The notes under the pieces: model-generated
Databases searched by the model: none
What the model saw: only the letters and a program-made list of their open reading frames with translations
Told to the model about the DNA's origin: nothing
In this document: one piece after another, positions 25,461 through 39,077 of the stretch
Numbering within the stretch: position 1 is the first letter of the stretch
How the letters are laid out: the number at the start of each line of letters is the position of its first letter
Program-made: the position numbers and the translations under genes
DNA from: Amoebidium appalachense
Taxonomy: Eukaryota > Protista > Ichthyosporea
Reading direction: 5' to 3'
Length of the DNA: 64,000 nt
Assembly: GCA_963693365.1 (NCBI GenBank)
Contig: CAVNZM010000017.1
Coordinates: 535,989-599,988 of the forward strand

Positions 25461-25539
25461 CACTTAAACACCAAGTTACTGCCCGGTTAAAATAGCCTCC
25501 ATTTCCTCGTTGACCCCCCCCCCCCCCTCTCATTTTATA

Positions 25540-26960
25540 TCCTTGTATCTTTGTGCTTTTGTGTGTTTTATCTCAGATCGTCTTGTGGAGGCTTATTGCT
25601 TGGTTACATTTGATTACATCTCGTATTATCTAGTATAGATTTGTTGAAGGGCTTGTGGTTAAGTTGCTTGCTTACATGCATACTTTCATTTCGTATCGTT
25701 GTGCTATATCTTATTGTTTATTTATTAATTATTGCTTCCTTGCTTACTTAGTTCCATCTTGATTCCATCTCGTATTGTTTAGTATAGATTTATTGAATTG
25801 CTTGTGCACAGGTACCAAGCTAGCTTAGATAAATTACTTTGTACACAGGTATACAGTTCCAAGCAAGCTTAGATAAATTACTTTGTGCACAGGTATACAG
25901 TACCAAGCTTGCTTAGATCAATAGTCTTACGCACAGGGATTCAGTACCATCTTAAACTCACTTAATCAATTTGTCTTCTGCACAGGTACCCAGTTCCTGA
26001 TCTGGTAAGACTCCGATTTTGATTAGCTAAAGGTAGAAAAATGACAGTTCACCCAATCATACTCTCGCATCTGGTAAATTACCCAATCATACTCTCGCAT
26101 CTGGTAAATTACCCAATCATACTCTCGCCTCTGGTAGTTCACCCAATCAGACTTTCGACTCGCCTCTAGGTCTGGAGTTTCAAGGTTGGCTTCTAACCAT
26201 CGTTTCTCTTACCTACTATTAAATAGTTTAATTCTACTACTAACTTGCTATAATTAGAGCAATTTCTTCCTTTCTTCCATTTAAGATTTCTAACTGGTTA
26301 AACCTCAGAGTACCAGAATCGTCACTTCTGTACCCGGAATTTACCTAATTGAGACCTCCATTTTTTGGAATTGAGCAATTCACCCTTATTTTACCTTATA
26401 AGTCTGTTAATTACAATTTAAGATTCCGATAAAACCTAATTATGATATGCTATAATTTCAAATTTCAAGATCGTCACTCCCGAAATTAAAACAATTTACC
26501 CTTATTTCCCATATAAATCTGTTAATAACAATTTAAGATTCTTAGAAATCTAATTCATAATCTGTTAGAACTCCAATTACAGATTTCGTCCCGCCTGTAT
26601 TCAGAATTTTAACCCAAATTACCCTTATTTTCCCTTATAATTCGGTCAATAACAATTTAAAATTTATATTAATTCCAATTCTTGATTTATTAAAACTCAG
26701 GTTACTAGATTCGTCGCTTCTACACCCCGAAATTTAAAACAAGTTGCCTTGTTTCCCCTTATAAACTTGTTAATACCTCTTTAAGATTTTAGAAATCCCA
26801 ATTCCTGCTCAGCTAAAATTACAATTTTCAAGGTCGTCACTCTTAAAAATCAAAATTTTGACATTTTCCAGATTTTTGACAATTTTCCAGATTTTGATGA
26901 TTTTCCGGAAATTTGCCATTTTCTGTATTTAGGATTTTAAATTCCATCTTATATGGTGAC
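25540..26960. repeat. AT-rich compound tandem-repeat block with several periods
   Basis: ~150 bp x2 (25618, 25767), ~43 bp units (25800-25990), 30 bp units ACCCAATCATACTCTCGCATCTGGTAAATT (26051-26150), ~120 bp x5 (26280-26860), ~19 bp units (26855-26930). Confidence 0.85.
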
Positions 26961-28377
26961 ACAAGCTTAGAATAAGGAGTAGAGGAGCGAGGGGCGAGAT
27001 GAAATAACTAGACTGGGCCCCTGCCAGCATGCATACTGCTAGAAACTCGGAGGGACAGACTCCTCGGTGGAAACTAACTCCACATTACATAATTAGACTT
27101 TGCAGGTCGCACTCTCGTCTACCTAGCCATATTACCGCATCTGCACGGTTAATTCAATTTCATGGATTTGTTCTCAAAGACACGGGGCCAAAAAAAAACA
27201 AAAAAAAACAAAAAAAAAAAGGAAAGGAATAAAAAAAAAAACAGAAAAGAAAAGAGACCCCCATTCGACTAATCACCTACCTACCCACCCACCCATATTT
27301 TTGTTTACCTCTTCTTCTCTTCTATTCTTCACTTTTTTTTGATTAAGGTTTACTATATTGAACTACAACACGAACACACCTTTTGTCACCCGTTTCCTTA
27401 GCACCAACCCACCCACCTCCCCCCCCCCCCCCCCCCCCCCCCAAAAAAGAAAATTGGAAATAAAATAAAAGGAATAAAAAATAAAAATAAAGAATACAAT
27501 AAAATAAAAATAAAAATTATTTATTGCACACCCACACCACTTACTCGCCCATCCACTCACAGACCCCCGAGAAGTTTCCCTCTCCCCCGAGCCGTTCTGT
27601 GTATGCGTCAATTTTCACCGTGACTCAAGAGGCCCCCACGGCTCTGGGGGGTACAGAATTGTGCAGGGGAGCCCATTTTCATCCCCCCAGTCTAGCGTGT
27701 AAGTGTGCGTCTTCTTGTTTTTATTCTTATTAATTATTGATCCAGCCAATCAGGTACAGTAATACTATTATTATCACTATCAATACTAGTGCTTTGGCCA
27801 GTACATCCTTGAACCATATGCCGCTCTTTGTATGGACGATCATGAATGCATATTGTGCATCGTTCATGCTGTTTTCTCTATGGGAATATATGTCACGAAC
27901 AACTCTTCAGAGTTGTGTTCTTCTTGGCACAATCAACTGGAAAAAATTCCTCTCCAAGAAACGTCAAAGATTTGTTAGGAAACGTCCGCCCCACGGCCAT
28001 TCATCAATTCACCAAGCATGCACTTTCCTTGTTGTGGTGTCGCCTCCTTTCCACCCTCCCCCCCCCTCTCCCCCCCCCCCCCCCCCCCCCCCCCCCAAAA
28101 AAAACCCCCTTTTTTCCCGCCTCCCTTCCATCCCTCTATCTCACTCCCTCTCCCCTTGCCTACCCCCCCCCCCCCCCCCCCCCCCAACAACAACAAAAAA
28201 AAATTCTCCGATAATCAATTTCTCCCCACAGCACGTCCAATCCCCGCTACCCCGATGACGATCCGCTTTCCAATTCCGGCCATCCCCCTTCTATGACTGT
28301 TGTCTATAAAAGGAAGGTGTCCGGATTTAGGGCCCTGGGCTGCTGCCTGGGACAGCTGGAGAGAGATGAGGAGACAC

Positions 28378-28538
<161 letters not shown>

Positions 28539-28779
28539 GGGGTTCTCTGGGTGTGCCGTCTGCACACCTGCATGGTCTTGTTTCTGCTTGCATAAAAATG
28601 ACACAACCTAAAGACGAGGAGAAAGGGGAGGGGGGGGGGGGGGGAGGGGGGAGGTTAGAGGCACAACATCATCACCGGATTTCTAGGGGGGGGGGGGGGG
28701 GGGGGGGGGGGATATGAATGGTTTGCAGATTGGGCTGTGAGTGATCTCTGTGGGGCTAGGGAGGTATCGAGCTGGATAT

Positions 28780-29080
28780 GGTTGTTATTTCTTGGTTCTG
28801 ATGAGTCGTAGGTTTTTGATCCCATTTGCATGCCAACAAAACCCATAGATGGTCATATGTTCGTTGTCCTGATTAGGCCATAGATACCTATTAAAGGCTA
28901 TGTTTGCTTGGTTCTGATTGGGCTGAAGATAGGTTGGGCTAAAGGTAATGCATAGATGGTCGTATGTTCGTTGTTCCGATTGAGCAATATGTAATTCATC
29001 GATATCGATAGTTAAATTTTTTGGCTCTGATTGGGCCATAGATAGCCCATATATGATTACGCGTTCGTTGTTCTGATTGG
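28780..29080. repeat. Degenerate intronic minisatellite
   Basis: Repeated (AT)GTTCGTTGTTCTGATTGGGC..ATAGAT-like units about every 50 bp. Confidence 0.7.
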
Positions 29081-29631
29081 TCTACAGGTCTTTGACCCTC
29101 CGCAGGAGGAGATGTGTCAGATGGACACCGTGGGCTGTATGATCGATCTGAGCAGGAATGCCGTTATGACGGTATCTGTGGCCCCTTCCCCCCCCCCCCC
29201 CCCCCCCCCCCCACCCACCCACCTTCCCCTTCCCCCCTTCCCCGCCCCCAGATGATCGGATTTGTACAAGTGTCTGCTGCCTGCGCATTGTTTTGGTTCT
29301 GTTTTTTTTTTTTTTTTTTTTTTTTTTGTTGTTGTTGTCGTCTACCTACATGTTTGTGGTATATCCCTCTCCCCCTTCTTTTGGAGAGTCCCAACCTGAA
29401 AATACCACAGACAAAACGTTCTCGTTTAACAAATCCACTGGTTTTCTTTTTCTGGGGTGCTTCCGCTTTTCTTTATTTCAATCCTTCACTCTCTGTTTTT
29501 CGTGTTTTCTTTGGAGGGGGAGAGGGCGGAAGGGGGGGGGGGGGGGGGGGGAGGAGGAGGGGGGCAGGGGCTTTAGTAGAAAGGGTGCGGGTAGTGGTGT
29601 GTAAATGGAAATGTGTGAGAGAGAGAGAGAG

Positions 29632-29728
<97 letters not shown>

Positions 29729-31257
29729 AGGGGGGGGAGGGGAGGGGTCAGGGCTGGTTGCAAGTGGTTGTGGTAAGAGGTCCTTTGTGAGGCTACTTAC
29801 CATGTTTGGCAGGTGGAAGGTCTAAAGAACTTTCTACGGCGGTGTGCCTTAATGGGCATTAACATGCTGCTACTTTACATGGAGGTGAGCGAGTATTACT
29901 CCCCCCCCCCCCCCCACCCCCCTGCCTCCCTCCCCTTCTCCCCTCTTTCTCCCTCTCCCCCCTCCCCCCCCCCTTCCCCCCTTCCACCTCCCCCCTCCCC
30001 CTCCCCGCTCGCCCAAACCTCGTTTCCCTTCCTGCTTTTTTTCTGAACCTCACGGGAAGAACCAATCTCCCTAACCCTACACAAACAATGATTATCTCCT
30101 TCGAAACCTCCCCCCCCCCCCCCTCCCTCCCTCCCTCCCCCCTGTCCCCCCCTGTTGCCCCTCCCCCCTTCCCCCCACCTTTTATAGACAATGCACTGAC
30201 CTCCCTCTGCTTGTCAAATCTTTGTTTGGTTCCTCTACTCGTTGTGTGTTGTTATTTGTAGGTGCGAGAAGATGAAACGGGAGGGAAGGGTGAGAGGTTT
30301 ATGAGGGGAGGTGGTGGGGTTTAAGGTTTCCGCATAATCCCCTCGTTAACCACTAAATTACCTTTTTTTTTTTTTTGGTCATTTTTGTGGTGTGAACGTA
30401 GATGGTAAATTGGAGTAGGGCTTGTGCTGATTTGCTGTGGGGGTAAGACAGTTGGTAAAGGTGGAGAGAAAGGGGGTGGATTCCTTGCGGCGCCAACACA
30501 TACTTGTGCCTACTCCCTTCATCACTCACCTCTCGCTCACACTGTCTCTTCTTTCTTTCTCTTTTTTCTTACTTTGTCTCTCACGTGCTCTCTTTCTCTC
30601 TAGCCTACCTCCCCTTCCCTCCCTCCCTCCCGTTTCCATTTTCCCCCAAGCCCGCTTTCTTATTCCCTCTTTCTTTCCTGCTGTTTCCCACACACTCTCG
30701 TTCCCCACCAACTCCCTCTTTCCCCCTTCCACTCTCTCCCGCTCAAGCTGCCCCCCCTCCCCCCCTCCCCCCCCTCCTCCATTATCCCTCCCCTTCACAC
30801 TTCATATCCCATCATCTCCGGTACACACCTCCCTCTCTTTCTCTGCCTCTTCCCCCTCCCCCCCCTCCTCCTCCCTCATCCCCCCACGCCCCCCCCCCCC
30901 CCCCCCCCCCCCCTCCCACCACCACCATCATACATCTCACACGCTTTAATTTCCTATCAGGACACCTACGAGGTATCAGGGGAGGGTGTGTTTGGATACC
31001 AGAGGGGGCGCTATAGCAGCCACGAGCTACAGGATGTAGACACGTATGCGCACCAGCTGGGGCTGGATGTGGTGCCGTGTATCCAGACCCTAGGCCACTT
31101 ATCCACCCTGCTGCAGTGGCCTCGTTTCACCCCGTATATACCCCCCCCCCCCCCCCCCCCCCCTCCCCAACACCACCCCCCTCCCCGCCTCCCAGAAACG
31201 TCTACACCAATCCCCCCCTCCCTCCGCCCCCGCCCCCGCAGCCTATCCCCAAAAACA

Positions 31258-31395
31258 CCTGCTTTTATCACCCTTTTTGGCCTCCCGGTAGTGGATTTTG
31301 CAGGATTTGACTTCTTTGAGGTCCAAAAACCTCAAATTTTCCCTGGCGGGGCCTGGGAGGGAGAATTCAAAAATTGCCCGCTCCTGATATGGTAC
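31258..31395. repeat. Interspersed ~140 bp repeat, copy 2
   Basis: Matches 15915-16059; lies where the GH20 gene stops. Confidence 0.9.
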
Positions 31396-31895
31396 CCGGG
31401 CCGTTCCGCCCTAGTAAGCGTGTTACTACCCTGCGGCGTGGGTCAAATCTCATATTTTCCCCTCTGATTGCGAATTCTGCGGCCTTCGGGACTTTATTCT
31501 TTTCAGCTGGTGTAGTATATTAGCCAGGGAAGTATCGACTTAGGTGGCGACGGGGGAGCTTCCTAGAAGCCCCGTCTCCTGAGTTCCTATCTATATTTTT
31601 CTTGCTTCTGCTTACTGCTGCAACTTTAACCCCCGGCCTTTCCCACTGCCCTTGCCTGCATAAGCAACCCTGCTCGTCTCTGATCATGACGGGTGACCTA
31701 CCCATATTCAAGTAAAACAGTATCTGAGTTGGGTTTCGTTAGCGAGGTGAATAGGTCGAAAGACGGGTACTGTGGATGACGTGGGCCCCCCCTGAGGATG
31801 GGCTCTGCTTATTATGCATACTCTTTTGTATGGCTTGCATTCTGCATCGTGTTATCCGTTTGTTCTTGTGTACTTCGTACTTTTTGACGCATTCA

Positions 31896-31929
<34 letters not shown>

Positions 31930-32168
31930 ACAAGAACAAGAAAAAAAAAAAAAAAAAAAAAAAAAACATAGGTAAATTTATAAACCTCATCAAGCCCGGA
32001 TCATCCACCATTCACGTACACGCACGTACACCGTCGCTCTTAAAATTTACGTAACTGGGATCTACACCAGGTATCCCCCCCCCCCCCCCCCCCCCTCCCT
32101 CCCCTTCTCCCCACAATACACACACGCACACAGTACACACACACTGCAGTGTGCACAATGCGTGGGGG

Positions 32169-32229
<61 letters not shown>

Positions 32230-32306
32230 TGTGCCGGTACGTACTGGCCTGAGTCAAAACAAATAGGGCAACGTGCACTAAGCCAGCACCGAATATATAA
32301 TCTCCA

Positions 32307-32343
<37 letters not shown>

Positions 32344-32459
32344 ACCCACCCAAACAACAAACACACACACACACACACCACCCACACACCACCGCCACCG
32401 CCACTGCCCCTGCCGCCACAAAAAAAATAAAAACAAATAACCACGTCCACCACGGTGAC

Positions 32460-32850
32460 CACATTGTTAGCCTTCACTACGTATACCGTCACGTTTGGGT
32501 GTACATGTACATATGCACTGAACCTTTTTCTCGTAAACATCTAGATAGATGTTTTTATTTATCTCAGCTTATTCCGTTCGAACTTAGAAGACTGGCTTTT
32601 TTCGATAATCCTGATATTACTTCTATTGGCTTTGTGTTAAATCACCGTATGTTTAACGAGTTTTCTCGATATATGATTATCTTATAATTAGTCGTTATCT
32701 CCTCCGTATCCGAGAGTAAGGCTTTTTGTATTTTCTTTTCTGAGATATCAGTCACATCTCGATTGTGTCTCCTTTGATAAGTAAGCTTCTCAATAATGTC
32801 CATATGCATAGTATGCATAGTATAAAAAAATATCCACATACATGTCTAGT
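32460..32850 (+). pseudogene. LINE ORF2 extreme C-terminal fragment plus 3' UTR
   Basis: ICTEPFSRKHLDRCFYLSQLIP..DITSIGFVLN parallels FCADLFNRKHVDRCEFLCRVLP..NTLDFLLN of the 12.8-13.0 kb fragment. Confidence 0.65.
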
Positions 32851-33025
32851 AGCTCCTGAAAATTTTCATACTAGCCTATGCATAGGCATTTGATACCCAG
32901 GCAGTGAACAGAGCCTGTGTCTGTGTGTGTCTGTGTGTGTGTGTGTGTGTGTGTGCACGTGCGTGTTTGTGTGCGTGCGTGCGTGTGTGTGTGTGCGTAT
33001 GTGTGTGTGTGTGTGTGTTGGTGCC

Positions 33026-33060
<35 letters not shown>

Positions 33061-33765
33061 CTGCTGGGGAGCTCGAAGGTTGACTGAAGTTGGCATGCAC
33101 ATACATATTCAACCATAAAACTGGTTTGCGTAACTGTGACCCGTGGGATGTACACCCGATATGCCCCCCCCCCCCCCCCCCCCTCCCCCCCCCCCCCCCC
33201 CCCTTGCAAACCACCACCACCAAAACAAACAAAGGAAACACACACACACAAACACACACACACAAAAACACGGAGCTCCCTCGAGGCCCTAAATGCATGC
33301 ACACATGCAGTGACAAAACAATGAACACCAATATCATGACCATTGCTGCCGGTGTTTTAATTACATGCACATGTATATATAATAGTAAATCTGAGCAGAA
33401 TTAACATAAAAAACCTGTTTGTTGCTTATATGAACATTTCGTGGGCAAGCGCAACACCCACCCACTGTTTTCTACCTTTCCTCTCGTTCATTTCCTCTCG
33501 TTCTCACAACAGTGAGACCCAAACTCAGCATTCATACATCGTATTTTCTTTTCTAAAAGTAGATACTTGTACTTCATTTCTCCGCTGACATTCATTTGTT
33601 GTATCAACGTCCACTGGCACAATTGAAACCGAACAATTAATCCTGATATTGTGACCTACATACATTTAAAAGAGAATTAAAGGACTAAACTACCATCTGG
33701 CAATCCCACACTGTAAACCTTAATAGCTCACTTTATTTTATTTTTTTAAAATTAGGTAAAAACCA

Positions 33766-33926
33766 CTATCTACGCAAGTCCACCCCCAGACTCTCTAATG
33801 CACTGTTTAGATCCATCAGGGCTGCCTCCAGAGACATTATCTCCTCTTGGTTGCCTTTCCTTCGTGCCTGTGCAGTAGGCCAAAACATGTCAGCACACAC
33901 AGGAGGTAACTTTGTCCCCCCGGCCC

Positions 33927-33959
<33 letters not shown>

Positions 33960-34056
33960 TAAATAAAAATAAAAACCCAAACCCATGCACGCACGCACAC
34001 ACAATGTACACACAAACACTAACACAAACTGTTCACTACGAGAACAAGAAAGGAAG

Positions 34057-34098
<42 letters not shown>

Positions 34099-34309
34099 TT
34101 TCCCCGCGTCCCCGTGATTTTGTATTCAAGCACACACACCCAAACCCAAAACGCTCCCAATAAAAAATCGAAAAAGACCCCTCCCCCCTCCCCCTCCCCC
34201 CTTCCCGTCCGCCCATCCATTTGCGCGCATACATTCTCCTAAACCCCATATACTTTCACATCCACACACACAAACACACAGAAACAATCGCCTAACCCCC
34301 CTTCCCTCC

Positions 34310-34342
<33 letters not shown>

Positions 34343-34440
34343 TTAATAAAAATAAAAACCCAAACCCATGCACGCACGCACACACAATGTACACACAAAC
34401 ACTAACACAAACTGTTCACTACGAGAACAAGAAAGGGAAG

Positions 34441-34486
<46 letters not shown>

Positions 34487-34696
34487 TTTCCCCGCGTCCC
34501 CGTGATTTTGTATTCAAGCACACACACCCAAACCCAAAACGCTCCCAATAAAAAATCGAAAAAGACCCCTCCCCCCTCCCCCTCCCCCCTTCCCGTCCGC
34601 CCATCCATTTGCGCGCATACATTCTCCTAAACCCCATATACTTTCACATCCACACACACAAACACACAGAAACAATCGCCTAACCCCCCCCCCCCC

Positions 34697-34737
<41 letters not shown>

Positions 34738-35270
34738 CCTCCCCCCTCCCCCCCCCCCCCCCCCCCAAAAAAAAACATCTGCACACAACCACAAAAGAAA
34801 ACAGGCCACACATTATTTCCAGAAAGACAACAATCCACTCTCCTAGTACCAGAAACAAAACTCTTCTCTTTTCTGAATGAAGAAGTAAAGTCACAGGGTA
34901 TAAGGTGTCTATTTTTAGCCCAAGGTGCCCAAAATAGCACACTCACCTCTCTGAGGGTGCGGACCACATAGTCCTTCTGGTCCACGTGGATGGCTATTGC
35001 TTCGGCCCTCTGTGACTCACTCATCTGCCAGCCCGAAAAAAATGGTGTCATTGGTCATATTAACCCCAGTTAGATTTGTGATTTTAACAACTGCCCCCTC
35101 CCCCTTAGTTCCCTCCCCGCTCCTCCCCCCCCCCCCCCCCCCCCCCCCTTTCAACCTGCAGTGCAAAGTGTGTACGAGCTTGTGCCAGATTTGTACGCGT
35201 GCATGCATTCGTGCGCACGTACACCACGTACGTGCGCGTGCACGTGTATGTGCGTGCGTGCGTGTTAGTG

Positions 35271-35331
<61 letters not shown>

Positions 35332-36798
35332 GTTTGTGCGCGCACATATGTTTGCGTGTGTGTTCGTGCTTTGAGCTCAGGTGGATGTCTGTGTTTGTTT
35401 GTGTGTGTGTGTGTGCGCGCGCGTGTGGGCGTGTGCATGTGCATGTGCCTGTGCGCGTGTGTGCAAGTACTTGCACACATCCCCTAGCGCCACACCATCG
35501 CACCAACCCAACAGCAACCAACAAGGCCACTCACCTTTGGGAATTTGATTTGTTTTTGTGCCGGTGCTGTGTTTGTCTTGCTGACTTTCTTTTGGGCCTT
35601 TGGTGAGGGGGGGCTTGGCTGAAGAGGCAAAGCCTGTAGTTTCACCATGCGCTCCTGTGCCACCAAAAAAAACACGTGGTTACACGTGGCTAGGTGGTGC
35701 TATAAATAGAATGAGAAAGCACGGTGTTGCCATAAATGGAATGAGAAAGAATAGCATTGCAGTGAATAGGTGGAAAGACAGAAGGGTTCCAAAAAGGGCC
35801 CTTAGCTTCTCTGGTGTTATGGATTGGTTGCTCATGATTGGTTAGAGCAACGCCTTTCTTCCATATTAGGTTAAATTATGACATCATGAGAGCAAATGGA
35901 AATGGGCGTGCCAGTCATCTGTCGATGTCGTAGGAAGCCAAGCTATCCATTCAGCTATGTGCGCCAAGTTATGCGCTTGGAGATAATCTGTCTCCAACCA
36001 CAACACAATTACCTATATCACATCTCAAGCCAGTGAAGAGGGGGAGAAGGAGCATAAAATATACCTGCACATACTGCATCGCACTGCGTCGAATGTTGAT
36101 CTGCACTGCCTGGCTCTGTGGGTGTGTCGTTGGCTGCAGGGAGATAAAAGGGTGTTAACAGATGAATACTCCATTAGTCCATACAAACACATGCATACAC
36201 TTACTCTATTTTTGGGACAATGAACAGCAGGGGCAGGATCAAGACCAACGTCGACATCTATTCCTACCATGTATTCACTGTCAGAAAAAGTGATGTCATA
36301 CTTGATAAAAGCTAGCCGGCCATTGAGCCAATATCATGTTTGAGGTTCACCTATGCAAACAATCATATACTTAGGGGCTTTTTATTCTTGAGTCGAGGTG
36401 AGGTCACGACCGTGGAAAAGGGACTTGAGAGCCCCCAAAAATACAGGATGTAGCCAAAAATAGCAAGCTAAGAATAGAATTTTGAAAGCATGCCGTGGGT
36501 GGGGTGGCTCACCTGGCGCGGATTCTTCATGTTTGGAACTACACCGTCAGGCAGAGGCAACCCCACGATTTTCTGGCTATGGCTCGTGTCAGCGTTTGCT
36601 TCGCGACTACAGATTCTTCTAGCATAATTTGGTTACAAACCCAGGTTAAAAGATTGCGGTTGATTTAGCGGTTCCTGTAACACACAAACCCTCGAGGCTA
36701 AACACAACACCATACATGACACCTGTCACCCCAGATGAACACCGTCAATATAGGAGCATAACTGATCCACCCACCTAAAACACCTTTTGTATTTGGTT

Positions 36799-36864
<66 letters not shown>

Positions 36865-36942
36865 CACATGAGCGTGTGCGAGTGTGCGTCCATTCCCCCT
36901 CCTCTCACTCTCTCTCCCCCTCCCTCCCTCCCTCCCTCCATC

Positions 36943-36976
<34 letters not shown>

Positions 36977-37385
36977 CCTCTCTCTCCCCCCTCCGCTCTC
37001 TGTCTCTCTCTTCTTCCCTCCCTCCCTCCCTCCCTCCCTCTCTCTGTGTGTGTGTGTGCGCGCGCCAGCGCCTGCCCATGGGTGTTCTGGAGGAAGGGGG
37101 GGGGGGGGGTTGCGGGAAGGGGGGGTGGCAGGGCACGTCATGTTTCCCCACAACAACCACGTTACAGGCATTATAGATGATATGGAGGTGGACAAATGCC
37201 TGCACACACATGCAACCAGACACCCATGCCAACCACCCAACCCCCACACACCTGATCAGATCGCATACTTCCAGCATTTTCTTCAAATCCCCCTTCAGCT
37301 GCTTGGCTCTGCGCACATCCTCAGCTGTTACCTTGCGCCTAGAATGGTGGGGATGTGAGCTACCACCCAAATCGTATACTACTAC
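33766..37385 (-). pseudogene. Multi-exon gene ending in a rabenosyn Rab-binding-like helical hairpin; upstream exons contain stops
   Basis: Phase-0 exons 35654-35535, 35024-34947 and 33867-33766 give ..DQKDYVVRTLRE|ARRKGNQEEIMSLEAALMDLNSAL, resembling QxxxIxxYIxxAxxxGRxDEVxxLxxNLxEL. More GT-AG exons near 36065-36115, 36203-36278, 36513-36674, 36730-36773 and 37254-37385, with an in-frame TAA near 36632. Confidence 0.55.
33920..34770. repeat. Intronic tandem duplication, 2 x ~385 bp
   Basis: AAAATAAAAACCCAAACCCATGCACG at ~33965 and ~34348; AATCGCCTAACCCC at ~34286 and ~34675. Confidence 0.95.
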
Positions 37386-37654
37386 CTGTGCGAGGGGCAC
37401 ACCCCATATTGCATGGTTTGGGGTTGTGAGCTAATAGTACTGATGGCTTTGGTTGGCCCGTCCCCCCCCCCCCCCCCTCCCCCCCCCTCCCCCCCCCCCC
37501 CCCCCCCCCCGAAACACACACACACATGTAACCTGATTGAGTCGCGCTATGATTTCTGTAACCTGATTGGAAGTCCGATCTTTGCGAAAACAGCTTAAAA
37601 TAGTCCTTCCCCTGCCCCACTGACCCCTTCTCTATCTCCATAGACCCAACCTTT

Positions 37655-37666
37655 GGTCACGTGACC
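37655..37666. promoter_or_regulatory. Palindromic E-box GGTCACGTGACC between divergent genes
   Basis: Perfect 12 bp palindrome with nearby CCAAT-box motifs (GATTGG); GTCACGTGAC also at 15787-15796. Confidence 0.4.
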
Positions 37667-38094
37667 TCCAAAAAACCCTAAGTGACCGAGGTTGGGAAAA
37701 AGCCCGCGCTTTTTGCAAATAGACGATATGATTGGAAGTACAAAATCTGACATTACTTTATTCGGCTACTCCGCATTCCTCAGGGTTCGAACCGAAACCT
37801 TGTGGTCAGACCTTCAGAATGTCAAAAGAGCAAGAGTCACCATGCTCCATGTGCACAACCTAAACAGTAAACTTTTCACAGTTTTGGCTGGTTTATTGAC
37901 GTTTACTACACACAAAGTGCTTTAAATTTTCTGGCTCTGCTGACGTTTACTTTCTTTTTTTTTTTTTTTCAGGATCTCTGCACATACCTTAAGCTCACCT
38001 CCTATCCCTCCCTTGAACCTTCATCCTCCCTTATTTCCTTCCTCGAGGTGCCCCCCCCTCTCCCCCTGTTCTATATCTTCCACATCCTCCAAAC

Positions 38095-39041
38095 ATGGCA
38101 GACCACTGGGTGTTAGTGACTGGAGCCAACCGTGGCTTGGGCCTTTTGCTTGCGAAAAAGTTGGCCGAGGATGGAAGGAAGGTTCTGGTGGGCTGTAGGA
38201 GAAAGGAGGATGCACAGGCAACGGTGAAGGTATGTGTGTTTGTGTGTGTAAACACCTCGTGAAGGAATGAGGCAAAGAACTGTATGTTGGTTGGATGGGA
38301 TGGTGGACAAAGAGAGGCTGTCGAAGGGTGGGGATGCGGGGGAGCATGAAGGTGCAGGGCTGAACTCCGTCGAGTGTGTAGGCATGAAGCGTAAGGGAAA
38401 CTTTTAGGGCTGTGTTTACCGGGAGAAATGCACGGAAAACAGGTTCCTATTCGTGCTGTGGCTGTCTACTGGTCACTGAGTCAGCAGATGGAGAGGAAGA
38501 GGGGAAGAGGGGCCCTGAAGGGGGGGGGGGGGGGGGGGGGGGGATAGGAAGGGGGGAAGGGGAGGGGGGGAGGGGGGAAGGGGGGCGGGGAGGGGGGTAA
38601 CGTGCAGAAGGCACGTGCATCAGTCTGACAGTGAAGACACTCCATTGAGTGCGTACGAATGTAGTCATCACCAGGGAATAAACCCAACCCTCAGAAACAG
38701 ACACACAGCCAAACTGTTGAGCAAAGGCAGGGCCTGCCCTTGGCGAACAGTTGGGAAGAGAAGGCGATTAACTCCCCCTCCAACCCCCCCCCCCCCCCCC
38801 CTCTCCCTTCCCCCCTCCTTCCCTCCCCCCGCCCCTCCTCTTCCTCTCCCCCCCCCCCCCCCCCCCCCTCCCCCCCCCCCCCCCACATGCCGTTCAGCAG
38901 TCGGTTGGGGCACACACCACGTGTGTTGGTGTGGAGGTGGACACGAGCAGTCTGGACTCGGTGCAGCGCTTGGTCGACCTCATAAAGACACACTACTGTA
39001 ATGTGTGTGAAGATCTCCCCCTCTCCCCCCCCCTCCCCTTT

Positions 39042-39077
<36 letters not shown>

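Noticed and set aside
25800-26150. CRISPR-like array from the 30 bp and 43 bp repeats
   Set aside because: Units are contiguous with no unique spacers, there are no cas genes, and the context is eukaryotic.
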